Sequence record: OR844650.1
Reading direction: 5' to 3' (one strand)
Length of the DNA stretch: 64,000 nt
In this document: positions 27,169-37,037 of the stretch, one piece after another
Layout of the letters: every line of letters starts with the position of its first letter
Numbering within the stretch: position 1 is the stretch's first letter
Program-made: the position numbers and the translations under genes
Notes under the pieces: model-generated
Databases searched by the model: none
Seen by the model: the letters and a program-made list of their open reading frames with translations, nothing else
What the model was told of the DNA's origin: nothing

Positions 27169-28689
27169 TCATTTCCTTTGATTTAACCATTGCTTCATTG
27201 CATGAACACGATCAGTACCAGCATGTGTCTGTGGATTCTGTATTTCGTTTTGTGTCGTAGAGTTAGGAGCACTATCAGTATTTAGTGTTACTGTATTGTC
27301 AGGTTGCACAGATGGTGATTTAGCTGCACCAGAAAGCGAATGACGTAATGTTTGCATAGTGCTGGGTGGTAACGCCATGTTCCCTCCACCAATCTTAGAA
27401 ACACCGCTGTGACGGAATCCATTACCTTCGGTTTCCATTTGTTGTACTGTAGTTGCGTGGTCAAGAACTCTCAATGAATCAATATCATATGACATACGCA
27501 AACGGGAACCTACTGCACTACTGTTACGTGTTTTTTGGAAATCAAACCATAGTTCGCCAGTTTCTTTTTTTGCTTCAATATAAATTACGTTATCAGCAGT
27601 ATAAATTTTTGAAATACCACCAGCAATCTGACTTTGACTTTTCTTATCTTCGTCCATACCACTACGGTTAAACTGAGATGCAGTGAAAACAGTCAAATCC
27701 ATTTTGGATGCAAGAGCACGTAATTCTTCTGATACAAATTTATCTTTAGTAAATGTATTGGATTTATCATTTGGTCCAAGACGATTAGAAGTTAATAGAT
27801 CCAAATAGTCCACGCATACATAATCAAGTTTGATTTCCATCTTAATTTGTAATTCACGTAGATAACTTTCAATATCGTCTGTGGTTGTTACAGATTCAGG
27901 TAAGCGTTTAATACGCAACATACCACTGTTTTTACCTTCAACTTTAACAGCAAATCCAATCTTTTCAGCTTCATTTTTTACATTACTGAGTTTTGATTCA
28001 GTCATCATACCATAGATACGAACAGCAACCAACTCTTCAGCTAGTTCAAGTGAAATGTATGCACCATTCATTCCAGCTTTCGCAAAGTTAACTGCTAAAT
28101 TTTGCAGTACTACTGATTTACCACCACCTGATGCAGCAGCAAAGATCTCTAACTCTCTACGCCCAAATCCACCGAAAAGTTTGTAATCAAGAGTTTCCCA
28201 ACCACTCTTAAATGATCCTTGCATTGTACTGAGTGAGCGGATTGTATCTTCAGGGTTTTCAAAAATATCCAAACCTAACTCATTCTGTACCGTTACCAAC
28301 ATTGCTTCTCGGATTAGTTCTTCGATTCCACCATATTTTTTCTGATGGACAAGTTCCATTCCTTTTTCAACGGCTAACGCTAATGCTTTATGACGACAAA
28401 ATTCACCACAGGTATCAAGTACTGATTGTTTATGTAATTCTTGAACTTCATATTGATCGTATTGATAACCACCTTTAACTTCAATATCTTTCAAAGTAGG
28501 TGATGAACTATATTTTGCAGCATAATCATGCACGTATTGAATACTTTCATGAAATGTTTTATCAAAATATTCTGGTTTAAGGATATTTTTACAACGTACA
28601 TATAAATCAGGATTACTGAAAATCTGAGATAATAAGTATTGTTGTGCATTAATCCCATATTGTTTCACATCCACTGTGCTTTGAATCAT
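27169..28689 (-). CDS. Replicative DnaB/gp41-like helicase
   Basis: AASGGGKS Walker A, ISLEL, VDYLDLL, FTASQFNRSG, FQKTRN. Confidence 0.92.
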   Translation of the reverse strand: MIQSTVDVKQYGINAQQYLLSQIFSNPDLYVRCKNILKPEYFDKTFHESIQYVHDYAAKYSSSPTLKDIEVKGGYQYDQYEVQELHKQSVLDTCGEFCRHKALALAVEKGMELVHQKKYGGIEELIREAMLVTVQNELGLDIFENPEDTIRSLSTMQGSFKSGWETLDYKLFGGFGRRELEIFAAASGGGKSVVLQNLAVNFAKAGMNGAYISLELAEELVAVRIYGMMTESKLSNVKNEAEKIGFAVKVEGKNSGMLRIKRLPESVTTTDDIESYLRELQIKMEIKLDYVCVDYLDLLTSNRLGPNDKSNTFTKDKFVSEELRALASKMDLTVFTASQFNRSGMDEDKKSQSQIAGGISKIYTADNVIYIEAKKETGELWFDFQKTRNSSAVGSRLRMSYDIDSLRVLDHATTVQQMETEGNGFRHSGVSKIGGGNMALPPSTMQTLRHSLSGAAKSPSVQPDNTVTLNTDSAPNSTTQNEIQNPQTHAGTDRVHAMKQWLNQRK

Positions 28690-28711
28690 CTATGTTCCCT
28701 CATTATATGTA

Positions 28712-29767
28712 TTACATCCATTTATCCGTTTGAGCTTTAATATAAAATGGCTCATCTACTATACTATCATGTATTAATTGTAAACAAAATAACCTACCAA
28801 ATCGTGCACAAGCTTCTTCAAAGTCCTTGATATGACGTATTGTACTACCTTCTCTTACAGCACCAAAGTCTGGGAAGGAAACACTGAATCCATTTTCAAG
28901 TGCTTGGTCTATAGTTATTAATCCATCTTTATCTCTATCTGGAACAATAACTATTTTTTTACCTTTTTGCTGTGCATCTTTTAATACATCAATCTGTACG
29001 TTTGATAATTTAAAGTTATTAGCAGATACACCACCCATTAATGCTGCGTCTAACGGACCCTCACATACTAAAATTGTTTTTATTCGTTCATCTTTTAATA
29101 AATCATAGTTATATAGTATATTAGTACTTACTTGATTTATGAACCTGTATGTACTTCCAGGATCTTTTAATTTATGTCGTGCAGTATAACCAATAATTTT
29201 ACCATTCATGAAATATGGAATAATAAATCTGTCATACATTTTATGTTCTTTATTAGGTGACCAATATAATTCTAAGTCTAACAGATATGGGTTTCTTTCA
29301 TTGACATTATGCAAAACACTTATAAATTCTTGTGGAATTTTATCTTCAGGTAAAGAAGCCCATTCCCAAAATGTTTTTGCATTTGATGGCAAATCACGTA
29401 CTGTTACTCGGTCATACAATTTTGATGCAACAGTTTCTTGTGCAGCAAAATCACCGCTGTCAACCATTTCTTTAATATAAAACTTAACTAATTCTATTTC
29501 TTTATCTTGTGCACCAAAAGAAATGAGCAAAGACTCCATATCTTTGCTCATATATTTTCCTGGTTGCCAACCAGTTTTTAAACTACAGTTAAAGCAGTTA
29601 TATGAAACGGAACCATCTGCATTGAACATATGATTACCACGGTGCTTTGTATCCGGCCTTGAATGTCCTCTGAACACACAAGCTGGACAGTTGTGTCGTG
29701 ACCATGTACCAATCGCAGGTACTGGATCATTCATAATTTGTGCCATTATGTTTTGTACAGCGTTCAT
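28712..29767 (-). CDS. DNA primase (gp61/DnaG-like)
   Basis: Zn-binding NCPAC...YNCFNC, FIIPY...GYTAR, TOPRIM VCEGPLDA and VPDRDKDG. Confidence 0.9.
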   Translation of the reverse strand: MNAVQNIMAQIMNDPVPAIGTWSRHNCPACVFRGHSRPDTKHRGNHMFNADGSVSYNCFNCSLKTGWQPGKYMSKDMESLLISFGAQDKEIELVKFYIKEMVDSGDFAAQETVASKLYDRVTVRDLPSNAKTFWEWASLPEDKIPQEFISVLHNVNERNPYLLDLELYWSPNKEHKMYDRFIIPYFMNGKIIGYTARHKLKDPGSTYRFINQVSTNILYNYDLLKDERIKTILVCEGPLDAALMGGVSANNFKLSNVQIDVLKDAQQKGKKIVIVPDRDKDGLITIDQALENGFSVSFPDFGAVREGSTIRHIKDFEEACARFGRLFCLQLIHDSIVDEPFYIKAQTDKWM

Positions 29768-29796
29768 AAGTTAATCCTTGTCTTTTCTTACAAATG

Positions 29797-29825
29797 ATTA
29801 TAGCACACCTTCTAGTTTTGTCTCA
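29797..29825 (-). promoter_or_regulatory. Putative middle-type promoter for primase-helicase
   Basis: TGAGAC(AA)-17nt-TATAAT with TGTGC extension. Confidence 0.7.
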
Positions 29826-30800
29826 TCTACGTATCAAAATTTTAGGTACTGTTAGGAAAGGGTCATACACTTTTCGGACAGCAGCATAGTCATATGGTAC
29901 TGGAACAATTTTGGGATGAATAGCAACCACCAAACGTAACCACATATAATTTCCTTTAAAATTAAATGCTTGTATTCCGTCAAGTTCTTTTGGAAAACCT
30001 TCTGAATCAATTCCATTTTCAATATAATCCTTTCCATCTAATTTAATAATAAACCATTTATAGTTTTCATTATCATTAGGTACGTTGTTACACAAGCACC
30101 CTTGTAGCTGTATTCTACCAATAAATTTATCAAAATAGATTGCAATACTACTTAATCCATCTACTAATCCAAACTGCATTTGTGCTGGTAGTGGAGTTGA
30201 TGCGAGAATATCATATTCACCAATCATACCATTTCCAATTGGTTCATGATATAAACGCTTTATAGTTGTCCATGCTGGATTTTTATTAACTGATATTTCA
30301 GTACTGGGGACAAATACAGGTGCTGCTTGGTCTGAAATTATTAGCTCTGCTGATGCCTCAAAGTTCATCCCTGTGTATAGATATTGTGTTGGTTCTATAA
30401 GTGAACCATCCATTGTTACTTTAGTAATGCTCCATCTATATTTTGAACCAGGACTGGTATCTTGAATAACTCCTGCTGGAACAATACATCCATAATATAC
30501 TTTCTTTTTATTTCCTAATGTTTGTCTTGCTTGTCCACTTTCTGATAACCAACTGGGTTCTTGTTTTTCTAATACAACATCAAATAGTTTAGTATTATTT
30601 CGTGCATCAAAAATCATAAATGTAAGATATTCATTATCTTTCAATAAAGTATATTTTCCATCAGCGTTGTGAACAGTAAAAGATAAATTATTATTTGCCC
30701 CTCTATATATAGTTAGTTTTTCATTGCTATATGGCATATTAAAATTGCCCAATGATACTTCCTGATTATAAGGGTACATAAACACGCCGTGATGAGCCAT
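29823..30800 (-). CDS. Putative virion structural protein (likely start MAHHG at 30800)
   Basis: Beta-rich, IYRGANNNLSFTVHNADG; GGAAGG RBS; TAAATA at 30842-30847. Confidence 0.55.
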   Translation of the reverse strand: MAHHGVFMYPYNQEVSLGNFNMPYSNEKLTIYRGANNNLSFTVHNADGKYTLLKDNEYLTFMIFDARNNTKLFDVVLEKQEPSWLSESGQARQTLGNKKKVYYGCIVPAGVIQDTSPGSKYRWSITKVTMDGSLIEPTQYLYTGMNFEASAELIISDQAAPVFVPSTEISVNKNPAWTTIKRLYHEPIGNGMIGEYDILASTPLPAQMQFGLVDGLSSIAIYFDKFIGRIQLQGCLCNNVPNDNENYKWFIIKLDGKDYIENGIDSEGFPKELDGIQAFNFKGNYMWLRLVVAIHPKIVPVPYDYAAVRKVYDPFLTVPKILIRR

Positions 30801-30857
30801 AGTTTTTCCTTCCATAAATAATAGGTATAAATTTATACTAATATTTATGGAACTAAT

Positions 30858-31211
30858 ATGAATCAATATAACACTATTCCACCATTCATTACTGTAATCC
30901 AGTATGATGGTAAAACGTTTGTTGGTATCATCAAAATCAAAAGCAAACAGTATACAACTCTTTACTGTTTCGATGATATGGATGATTCAATGCAAGACGA
31001 ATTGTTAGGTATAGCACACGATTGGTGGTGGCAAAGTAATAGAACCATTCCAGTTTGTCTATTCTTTCAAGAAGAGATGGAGAAATTTGAACCGTACACA
31101 CAGAGATTCGATACACCGTCGGTGAATTTCGTATGTGGTCCAGTAGTTTCTTTAAGCAATTTGCCACAGAAACGCATCAAGCGTCGTAATGTGGCTCTTA
31201 AGAAGAAGTAA
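30858..31211 (+). CDS. Conserved hypothetical protein
   Basis: 117-aa ORF with phage-like composition; TAAATA at 30815-30820 upstream; converges on the DnaE-like gene. Confidence 0.65.
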   Translation: MNQYNTIPPFITVIQYDGKTFVGIIKIKSKQYTTLYCFDDMDDSMQDELLGIAHDWWWQSNRTIPVCLFFQEEMEKFEPYTQRFDTPSVNFVCGPVVSLSNLPQKRIKRRNVALKKK

Positions 31212-31836
31212 GATGTTCAACTAAAGCATTTAGTTGTACAACAATCATTAAGCTATATGCGTAAGCATGTGGCTTTTTGAAATATCGTAATTTATTTCCT
31301 GCTTGGTCAGTGCCGATAGTACTATAATCCCATATGGTAGCTTTAACTTCGTCCCATGTGTTCATACTTTGGCACTGCCTTTTTCCTGGGCGAATCATTG
31401 CAATAAACATTGCTAGTTCGTCTATAGATTTAGGCTTCCATACATTTAATAAAGTTACATGTTTTTTAATTTGCGATAGATGTTCTACAATTTCGGGTTC
31501 TAACAATAGATCCCAATTTGGTTCCTGATTCATTAGTTCTTTTAAATGCTCTCTATCACGAACATACATGTAAGCTGACTGTGAAAGAATATCAACTTTT
31601 TGATACCCTAACCTTTCAGCTTCTTTATATTGTATACTTGCCAATCCAGTGATTGGGTCAATAGGTATATTATCAAAATGAACACCACTATTATGGGGGA
31701 TTAAACCATCCTCCGTAATTTTTTCAGTACTTCGCACACATGGAAGTTTAGCGATTACGCTTTTACTATCCTTGAAGTCAATGTCAATATCAGTTCGGGC
31801 TTTTCTATAATGTTTAGAATCGGTCGAATCCTGCAT
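31198..31836 (-). CDS. DnaE/Pol III alpha-like catalytic piece (split gene, part 2)
   Basis: RTDIDIDF (DxD), PHNSGV, LGYQKVDILS (third Asp), KPKSIDELAMFIAMIRPG, YFKKPHAYAY. Confidence 0.88.
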   Translation of the reverse strand: MQDSTDSKHYRKARTDIDIDFKDSKSVIAKLPCVRSTEKITEDGLIPHNSGVHFDNIPIDPITGLASIQYKEAERLGYQKVDILSQSAYMYVRDREHLKELMNQEPNWDLLLEPEIVEHLSQIKKHVTLLNVWKPKSIDELAMFIAMIRPGKRQCQSMNTWDEVKATIWDYSTIGTDQAGNKLRYFKKPHAYAYSLMIVVQLNALVEHLTSS

Positions 31837-32143
31837 TTTTTATTTGCTCCTGTAACTGTTTAACTGTATTAGTCAAAGTTGATATTTGATTCTCTAATAA
31901 TCTACAATTTTGTTTCGTCTTTGCCAATTCTTGACTTAAACTGAAAAAGCGTTCTTCGTGTCTTTCTACCAAAGAAATAATTTTTTCAATACGAGCAGGA
32001 TCATGAACTTGAAATGTTTTACCATCTAAAGTTATTTCAGTAATAGATCCTTGTCTAAGTAGAGATATTTGTTTTGATTTTTGTTCTTTAGGTACAGGTA
32101 CATACCCTTCTGGTATTTTATTATATATACTTTTTCCATTCAT
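31814..32143 (-). CDS. Coiled-coil hypothetical protein
   Basis: C-terminal heptad pattern; overlaps both neighbours. Confidence 0.7.
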   Translation of the reverse strand: MNGKSIYNKIPEGYVPVPKEQKSKQISLLRQGSITEITLDGKTFQVHDPARIEKIISLVERHEERFFSLSQELAKTKQNCRLLENQISTLTNTVKQLQEQIKNAGFDRF

Positions 32144-32850
32144 AATCCTGCCTCACATAGCATAATCTTAATTTCATCACAATCCTTTTTGTATTTTATA
32201 GTTTTGATTTCAAAATAACTTGGATCGATGTATTTAAGTATATATTCAATTTCTGAGTTTGATAGTTTTTTAAAAAACTTATTAGTACTTTTTTTAGGAG
32301 CAAGCCAGATAATCCAAGGTGAAATTTTACCACTCTCAATCCATGCAATTGCACGGGCAGAACTTACATTTTCAAAGAAAGTATTCCATTGTACATTCAA
32401 ATTTTCAGCCCATTCAACCAGTGAGATAACACTTCTTGCAATTGCTTCTTTTGGGTGCTCGGCACGAATTGTTTTTAATATCCATTCATCTTTTGCTTTA
32501 TATGTACTCCATTCCGTGATTGGTTTGTTATTGATAATCAAGTACTTTACAAACTCGTCCACATTAATAATATCTCTATTATTCAAATAGTATTCGGCAA
32601 AACTATAAAAATCATTAAAGTACTTTGACTTTATAAAAGCAATAAAAGGCTCTACGCCTTTTTTAAATGGGAACTTATTCAATTCCATAAATTGCATATA
32701 TATACGAAAAGCCTCCATCATCTGGCGGCTTTGGCGGTCTTCGTATCGGTCACGTTTTATACATTTATGTGTGTTTACAGTTTCTTCACGTTTAAATTCA
32801 CGATCACAAAATCTACAGGTATATACTTGATTACTTGATTTCTTTGCCAT
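32140..32850 (-). CDS. Zn-finger-containing hypothetical protein
   Basis: YTCRFCDREFKREETVNTHKC. Confidence 0.65.
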   Translation of the reverse strand: MAKKSSNQVYTCRFCDREFKREETVNTHKCIKRDRYEDRQSRQMMEAFRIYMQFMELNKFPFKKGVEPFIAFIKSKYFNDFYSFAEYYLNNRDIINVDEFVKYLIINNKPITEWSTYKAKDEWILKTIRAEHPKEAIARSVISLVEWAENLNVQWNTFFENVSSARAIAWIESGKISPWIIWLAPKKSTNKFFKKLSNSEIEYILKYIDPSYFEIKTIKYKKDCDEIKIMLCEAGL

Positions 32851-33676
32851 ATTTTTTACATTCTTCTTTAAACAATTTCATCATAGATTTCTTTTCATTA
32901 TCTTGAAAACCATTATTGTCAAGAAATGTCTCAAATGTTTTTTTATCATACTGCAATAGAACAATTTTGTACTCATCTTCATTCATTTGAGTAGATATAG
33001 TATCAGGTTGTGAGCTTTTAATTAACTCAAATAATTCGTTATTTGCCTTTTTGAAATTCTTAGAAAAGTTTAACCAGTTACGTGGCATTTCTTGTCCACC
33101 AATCATATCATGGACTGAACACATAAGCTGATATACTAATTCTGGATGTTCTTTCATATCCCAAAATCCATCATTAACCATATCATTTAGCATAATAAGT
33201 TGGTATTTGACAACTTCAGTATCTACTAATGAAACAATTTCGGAACCTGATACGCCAAATTCGACCATTGAGGATATTAATTTTTGTGCGTCATCTTTTG
33301 ATTGGACTGCAAATTTAATACGCCAATCATAATCACTATGACAGTACTTAGTTACTGATGAAACATTTGTCCCTGAAGACTTTAATTCAGTAACTAGTTC
33401 AGTCAGTGCTTCTTTACCACCAGATTTCCATTTTCCAAATACACTTTCAACTTTACTACTAGGGTAGGTTACTTGTAACGAATCATCTAAAGAGCTTACC
33501 CATCGCAAAACAGTATATGGAGTAAACTCTTTTCGTTCTTTTTCGGTCATGTCATTATAGTACTTATAATCAGCACGGTCAATGTGTTTTAGAAATTCAG
33601 CAATAGAAAAAGAATGCTGTGTTGGTTTTTCATCATCATCGACCGACTTATTTTTAATATCACTGAAATCAAACAC
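32831..33676 (-). CDS. Putative clamp-loader small subunit (gp62-like) with internal insertion
   Basis: FTPYTVLRWVSS ... LNDMVN...HPELVYQLMCSV...RNWL loosely follows the gp62 pattern; located in a replication operon. Confidence 0.4.
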   Translation of the reverse strand: MFDFSDIKNKSVDDDEKPTQHSFSIAEFLKHIDRADYKYYNDMTEKERKEFTPYTVLRWVSSLDDSLQVTYPSSKVESVFGKWKSGGKEALTELVTELKSSGTNVSSVTKYCHSDYDWRIKFAVQSKDDAQKLISSMVEFGVSGSEIVSLVDTEVVKYQLIMLNDMVNDGFWDMKEHPELVYQLMCSVHDMIGGQEMPRNWLNFSKNFKKANNELFELIKSSQPDTISTQMNEDEYKIVLLQYDKKTFETFLDNNGFQDNEKKSMMKLFKEECKKYGKEIK

Positions 33677-33680
33677 TATT

Positions 33681-34178
33681 TTATACTCCTAGATACAAAT
33701 CTTGAATTTTTTCGTTTTCATCTGCAAAGTACACACATGGTGGATTTTCACCACTATGTAGTGGGACGCATAGTAAATTCTTTTTAGGTAACATTGGTAT
33801 CTGCCACTTTGTAGTTAATGCAAATACACGTAGTACTTTGACTGGTTCAAACTTAGGATACATTGAACGGATAGGATTGTAAACAAAAGCTTTTGGTTCT
33901 TTCATGTTAAGAATGTTTTCAATTGTACACATCTCAACCATACCAGTTTCTTCATCACCTAACATAATTTGCCATCCTAGAGGCACTTGAATAATCTTTT
34001 CACCAATTTGAAGATCAGCACTAATACTATTAAATGATACGGTGTTTAGAATATGTCTAAAATAAAAATCAGATTCACCATTTGGGCTTAGATCCAAAAC
34101 ACAATACATTTCTTCAGGGATATGTTCTGTTACTAAATCCATGTCAAAAGAATTATTTTCAGGTGTTAATACGTTCAT
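33681..34178 (-). CDS. Conserved hypothetical protein
   Basis: 165-aa ORF with GGAGA RBS. Confidence 0.7.
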   Translation of the reverse strand: MNVLTPENNSFDMDLVTEHIPEEMYCVLDLSPNGESDFYFRHILNTVSFNSISADLQIGEKIIQVPLGWQIMLGDEETGMVEMCTIENILNMKEPKAFVYNPIRSMYPKFEPVKVLRVFALTTKWQIPMLPKKNLLCVPLHSGENPPCVYFADENEKIQDLYLGV

Positions 34179-34187
34179 GTCATCTCC

Positions 34188-34616
34188 TTAGTACTGCGAA
34201 TCTTCTTCGTCATCATAATATTCTTCATCATCTTGGTCTTCTACGCCATAAAATTCAAGTCCATAAGTTTCACACATCTCTTGAATTTTATCTACATCAG
34301 TATCCAGATATGAATCAAAATTACCACTTAGACTTACTACATCAATAAAAGTTTTCGTGTCAGTACTTGCATAGATGATATCATATTTCAATGATTCTAC
34401 TTTAGAATCAATTCGTGTCTGTAATTCATAGATATTAATCCAAGAATCACTATCAATATTACATCTCCATACGTTAGTATCATCCGTTTCTAGCTCAGGT
34501 ATATAGTCAAGAGAAGATACCATGTCATCCATAATACCATCATCGTTCAACAATACATCCATAACTTCTAAAGTTTCTTGGTCACAAATAAAAGCAATAC
34601 TAGATCTCAATTCCAT
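34188..34616 (-). CDS. Highly acidic hypothetical protein
   Basis: 142-aa Asp/Glu-rich ORF. Confidence 0.7.
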   Translation of the reverse strand: MELRSSIAFICDQETLEVMDVLLNDDGIMDDMVSSLDYIPELETDDTNVWRCNIDSDSWINIYELQTRIDSKVESLKYDIIYASTDTKTFIDVVSLSGNFDSYLDTDVDKIQEMCETYGLEFYGVEDQDDEEYYDDEEDSQY

Positions 34617-34650
34617 TTTATTTTACATCCTTGTTGTTGTCATATGACAC

Positions 34651-34679
34651 ATTATATCACAAACAGCGGGTTTATCCCG
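34651..34679 (-). promoter_or_regulatory. Putative middle-type promoter (overlaps a hairpin)
   Basis: CGGGAT(AA)-17nt-TATAAT with TGTGA extension. Confidence 0.5.
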
Positions 34680-36156
34680 CTGTGTTTTCCCAATCTTTAA
34701 CATCTATTATACTATGAGGATATTGTGCTTCCTTATAGTAAGCTAAACGTTCTCGTAAATGCTTGGCACTATACTTATTAGAACCACTAATATCATATAT
34801 TTCTACGTGGTCTTTATCTTCTGCTCGGCGTAATCCACGTCCAATTGACTGTATAGTTCTTACAAAACTTTTTCCTGGCTCAATCAATACTACATTATAT
34901 AACCTTGAAATACTAATACCAGTACTGGCAACGCCGTATGTCGCAATAAGTATTTTATTATCAGCCCAACGAATTTCACCATAAGATGATTCTCGATCTT
35001 TCTTTTTAGTTTCTCCACGAACGAATTCTGATTTGGGAATGCCTAAAAATTCACATAGCAACTCACCTGCTTCAAGTCTATCTACTAAAACTAAAGTGTT
35101 TCCTGATTCAGATAACGCAGATATCAATGACGCTACATATGCCATCCTATCTCTGTCAGTTACTAAGTATTTCAACTCTTCAGCATATGATGCAAACTTC
35201 ATACTACTTTTTAGTTTGATACAATTCACATTACATGTACTTAGTATTTGTTTATCTTGTAATTCCTTTGCAGTTATTTTAAATATAACATCACCAACAT
35301 TACATTTGATTTTCGCGGCAACTACCGGATCTTTAGGAATTGTTCCAGTAAGACCCCAACGTAATGGTACGTTATTCATAACTTTAGAAAGTACTTGAAC
35401 TAATGCGTCACCGCCTGCACCTTGACACTCATCAACGATAACACAAACTACTCCATCGATAAAATCATTCACGTCTTGTTCAGTTAATTCAATTTCACCT
35501 TTCTTGGTTTTCTTCCATAGAGAGTTAAATGATTGCCAAGTCGTAATAGTATGTTGGTGACCAAAATCTTTTTGTGAACCATAGAACATGCCAGTATCCA
35601 ACCCACACATAATGTAGTCATCATATGTTTGTTGTACTAAGTCAGTACTTGGTACTATTATAACAGAACGTCCATACTCTTGCACTTTCTTTGACAATGC
35701 AGCAGTAATGAGAGTTTTACCTGCACCAGTCGCTGCCAATAGCAGTCCGTGTGGATTAGCCAAACATGCATTAACCGCATTAACTTGATGTTCACGTAGT
35801 TTTATGGATTTACCTTCCATGTGGTGTCCTGCACCGAATACAACATCACTAAAAATATCTTCATCAATGGGGTCAAATTTAAATCCATAATCTACCCTAT
35901 GATCTACTAATTCAATGTCAATCTTAGCTTCATCAAGAATAGGCAATAACTTATCTAACATATGATAATAAGTTGTTCCGCCTAAATTCATAAACTGAAC
36001 TTTACCATCCCAACGTCCAATACGTCCTGCTGGTGTGAACTTTGCATATGGTAACACATATTCAGTTGCACGAATCATCTTTTGTCTAATTGAGGGATCA
36101 AGTCCCTCAAATTTACAATTCACCTCATCCAATAAGGTTAACTTACAAGTTTTCAT
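34672..36156 (-). CDS. uvsW: UvsW-like SF2 helicase
   Basis: LREHQ, AATGAGKT, VDECQ, GLTGT, ATYGVASTGISI, QSIGRGLR. Confidence 0.92.
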   Translation of the reverse strand: MKTCKLTLLDEVNCKFEGLDPSIRQKMIRATEYVLPYAKFTPAGRIGRWDGKVQFMNLGGTTYYHMLDKLLPILDEAKIDIELVDHRVDYGFKFDPIDEDIFSDVVFGAGHHMEGKSIKLREHQVNAVNACLANPHGLLLAATGAGKTLITAALSKKVQEYGRSVIIVPSTDLVQQTYDDYIMCGLDTGMFYGSQKDFGHQHTITTWQSFNSLWKKTKKGEIELTEQDVNDFIDGVVCVIVDECQGAGGDALVQVLSKVMNNVPLRWGLTGTIPKDPVVAAKIKCNVGDVIFKITAKELQDKQILSTCNVNCIKLKSSMKFASYAEELKYLVTDRDRMAYVASLISALSESGNTLVLVDRLEAGELLCEFLGIPKSEFVRGETKKKDRESSYGEIRWADNKILIATYGVASTGISISRLYNVVLIEPGKSFVRTIQSIGRGLRRAEDKDHVEIYDISGSNKYSAKHLRERLAYYKEAQYPHSIIDVKDWENTAG

Positions 36157-36171
36157 CCATGATTACCTTTA

Positions 36172-36990
36172 TTAATTAGTTCGAGTATTATATTCGTACT
36201 CAAATGTATATACTAAATCTTTATCACAGTTAGGGTTACTTGCATCTAAAATGTCACTATTAGTAATCATCCATTCAATGTAATTCAATGGAACTGTACT
36301 CATTGGCTCACCTTTGTGTTTACCAAATGGCATGAATTGATAACGCATTGGTGTGTTGCAGAAAGTTACAATTTGCTCACCAATATCACCATTAGGTTCG
36401 ATATGTCCACGTTCGATTGCAATTTCAACTAATTTGATTAGAACCTGATAACACATAAACACATCGTCTTTTGCTGCGTGTGCATTAACAGGTCGATGAA
36501 CATCACGATAACATCCAAACTTATACCACAAATAACTTAGAGTTAAGTTTTTAAATTCAATATCTTCTGCGAACATTTTCTTAGCAAGACGAAGGGTACA
36601 AATCCATTTATTTTCATCAAGTAAGTACTGTGAAATTGAGTTACGATATTTATATTCGTTATCTACCATCATTCTACGGTCAAATTGTACATTATGACCA
36701 ACAAAATACTTACGGCATCCCATAAGTGCATCAATGTTATCTAAATCATCTTTATACCCAACACAATTAGCTACATCCTCAGTACTGATAAAGTGCACAG
36801 CAGATGCCTCTGGTGGAATATCTTTCAAGGGTTTGTATCTCAATGTATAGTTATCAATAGTATCAATGTTTTCATGTGAAGTATGTGGATACGAGATACT
36901 AAATTCAATAATATCATCTTCACTCTCAACCCCAGTAGTTTCAGTATCTAGAACTGCTACATTTGATAAAAACTCATTTAATTTTGTCAT
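36172..36990 (-). CDS. DEDDh 3'-5' exonuclease (ExoX/epsilon-like) with C-terminal MPFGKHKG domain
   Basis: VLDTETTG, GHNVQFD, HAAKDD, MPFGKHKG. Confidence 0.85.
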   Translation of the reverse strand: MTKLNEFLSNVAVLDTETTGVESEDDIIEFSISYPHTSHENIDTIDNYTLRYKPLKDIPPEASAVHFISTEDVANCVGYKDDLDNIDALMGCRKYFVGHNVQFDRRMMVDNEYKYRNSISQYLLDENKWICTLRLAKKMFAEDIEFKNLTLSYLWYKFGCYRDVHRPVNAHAAKDDVFMCYQVLIKLVEIAIERGHIEPNGDIGEQIVTFCNTPMRYQFMPFGKHKGEPMSTVPLNYIEWMITNSDILDASNPNCDKDLVYTFEYEYNTRTN

Positions 36991-37005
36991 TTTATTCTCG
37001 CATAG

Positions 37006-37029
37006 AAAAAGGACGCGATATGCGTCCTT
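37006..37029 (-). terminator. Intrinsic terminator
   Basis: AAGGACGC-loop-GCGTCCTT with a T-run on the minus strand. Confidence 0.75.
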
Positions 37030-37037
37030 AATGATAA

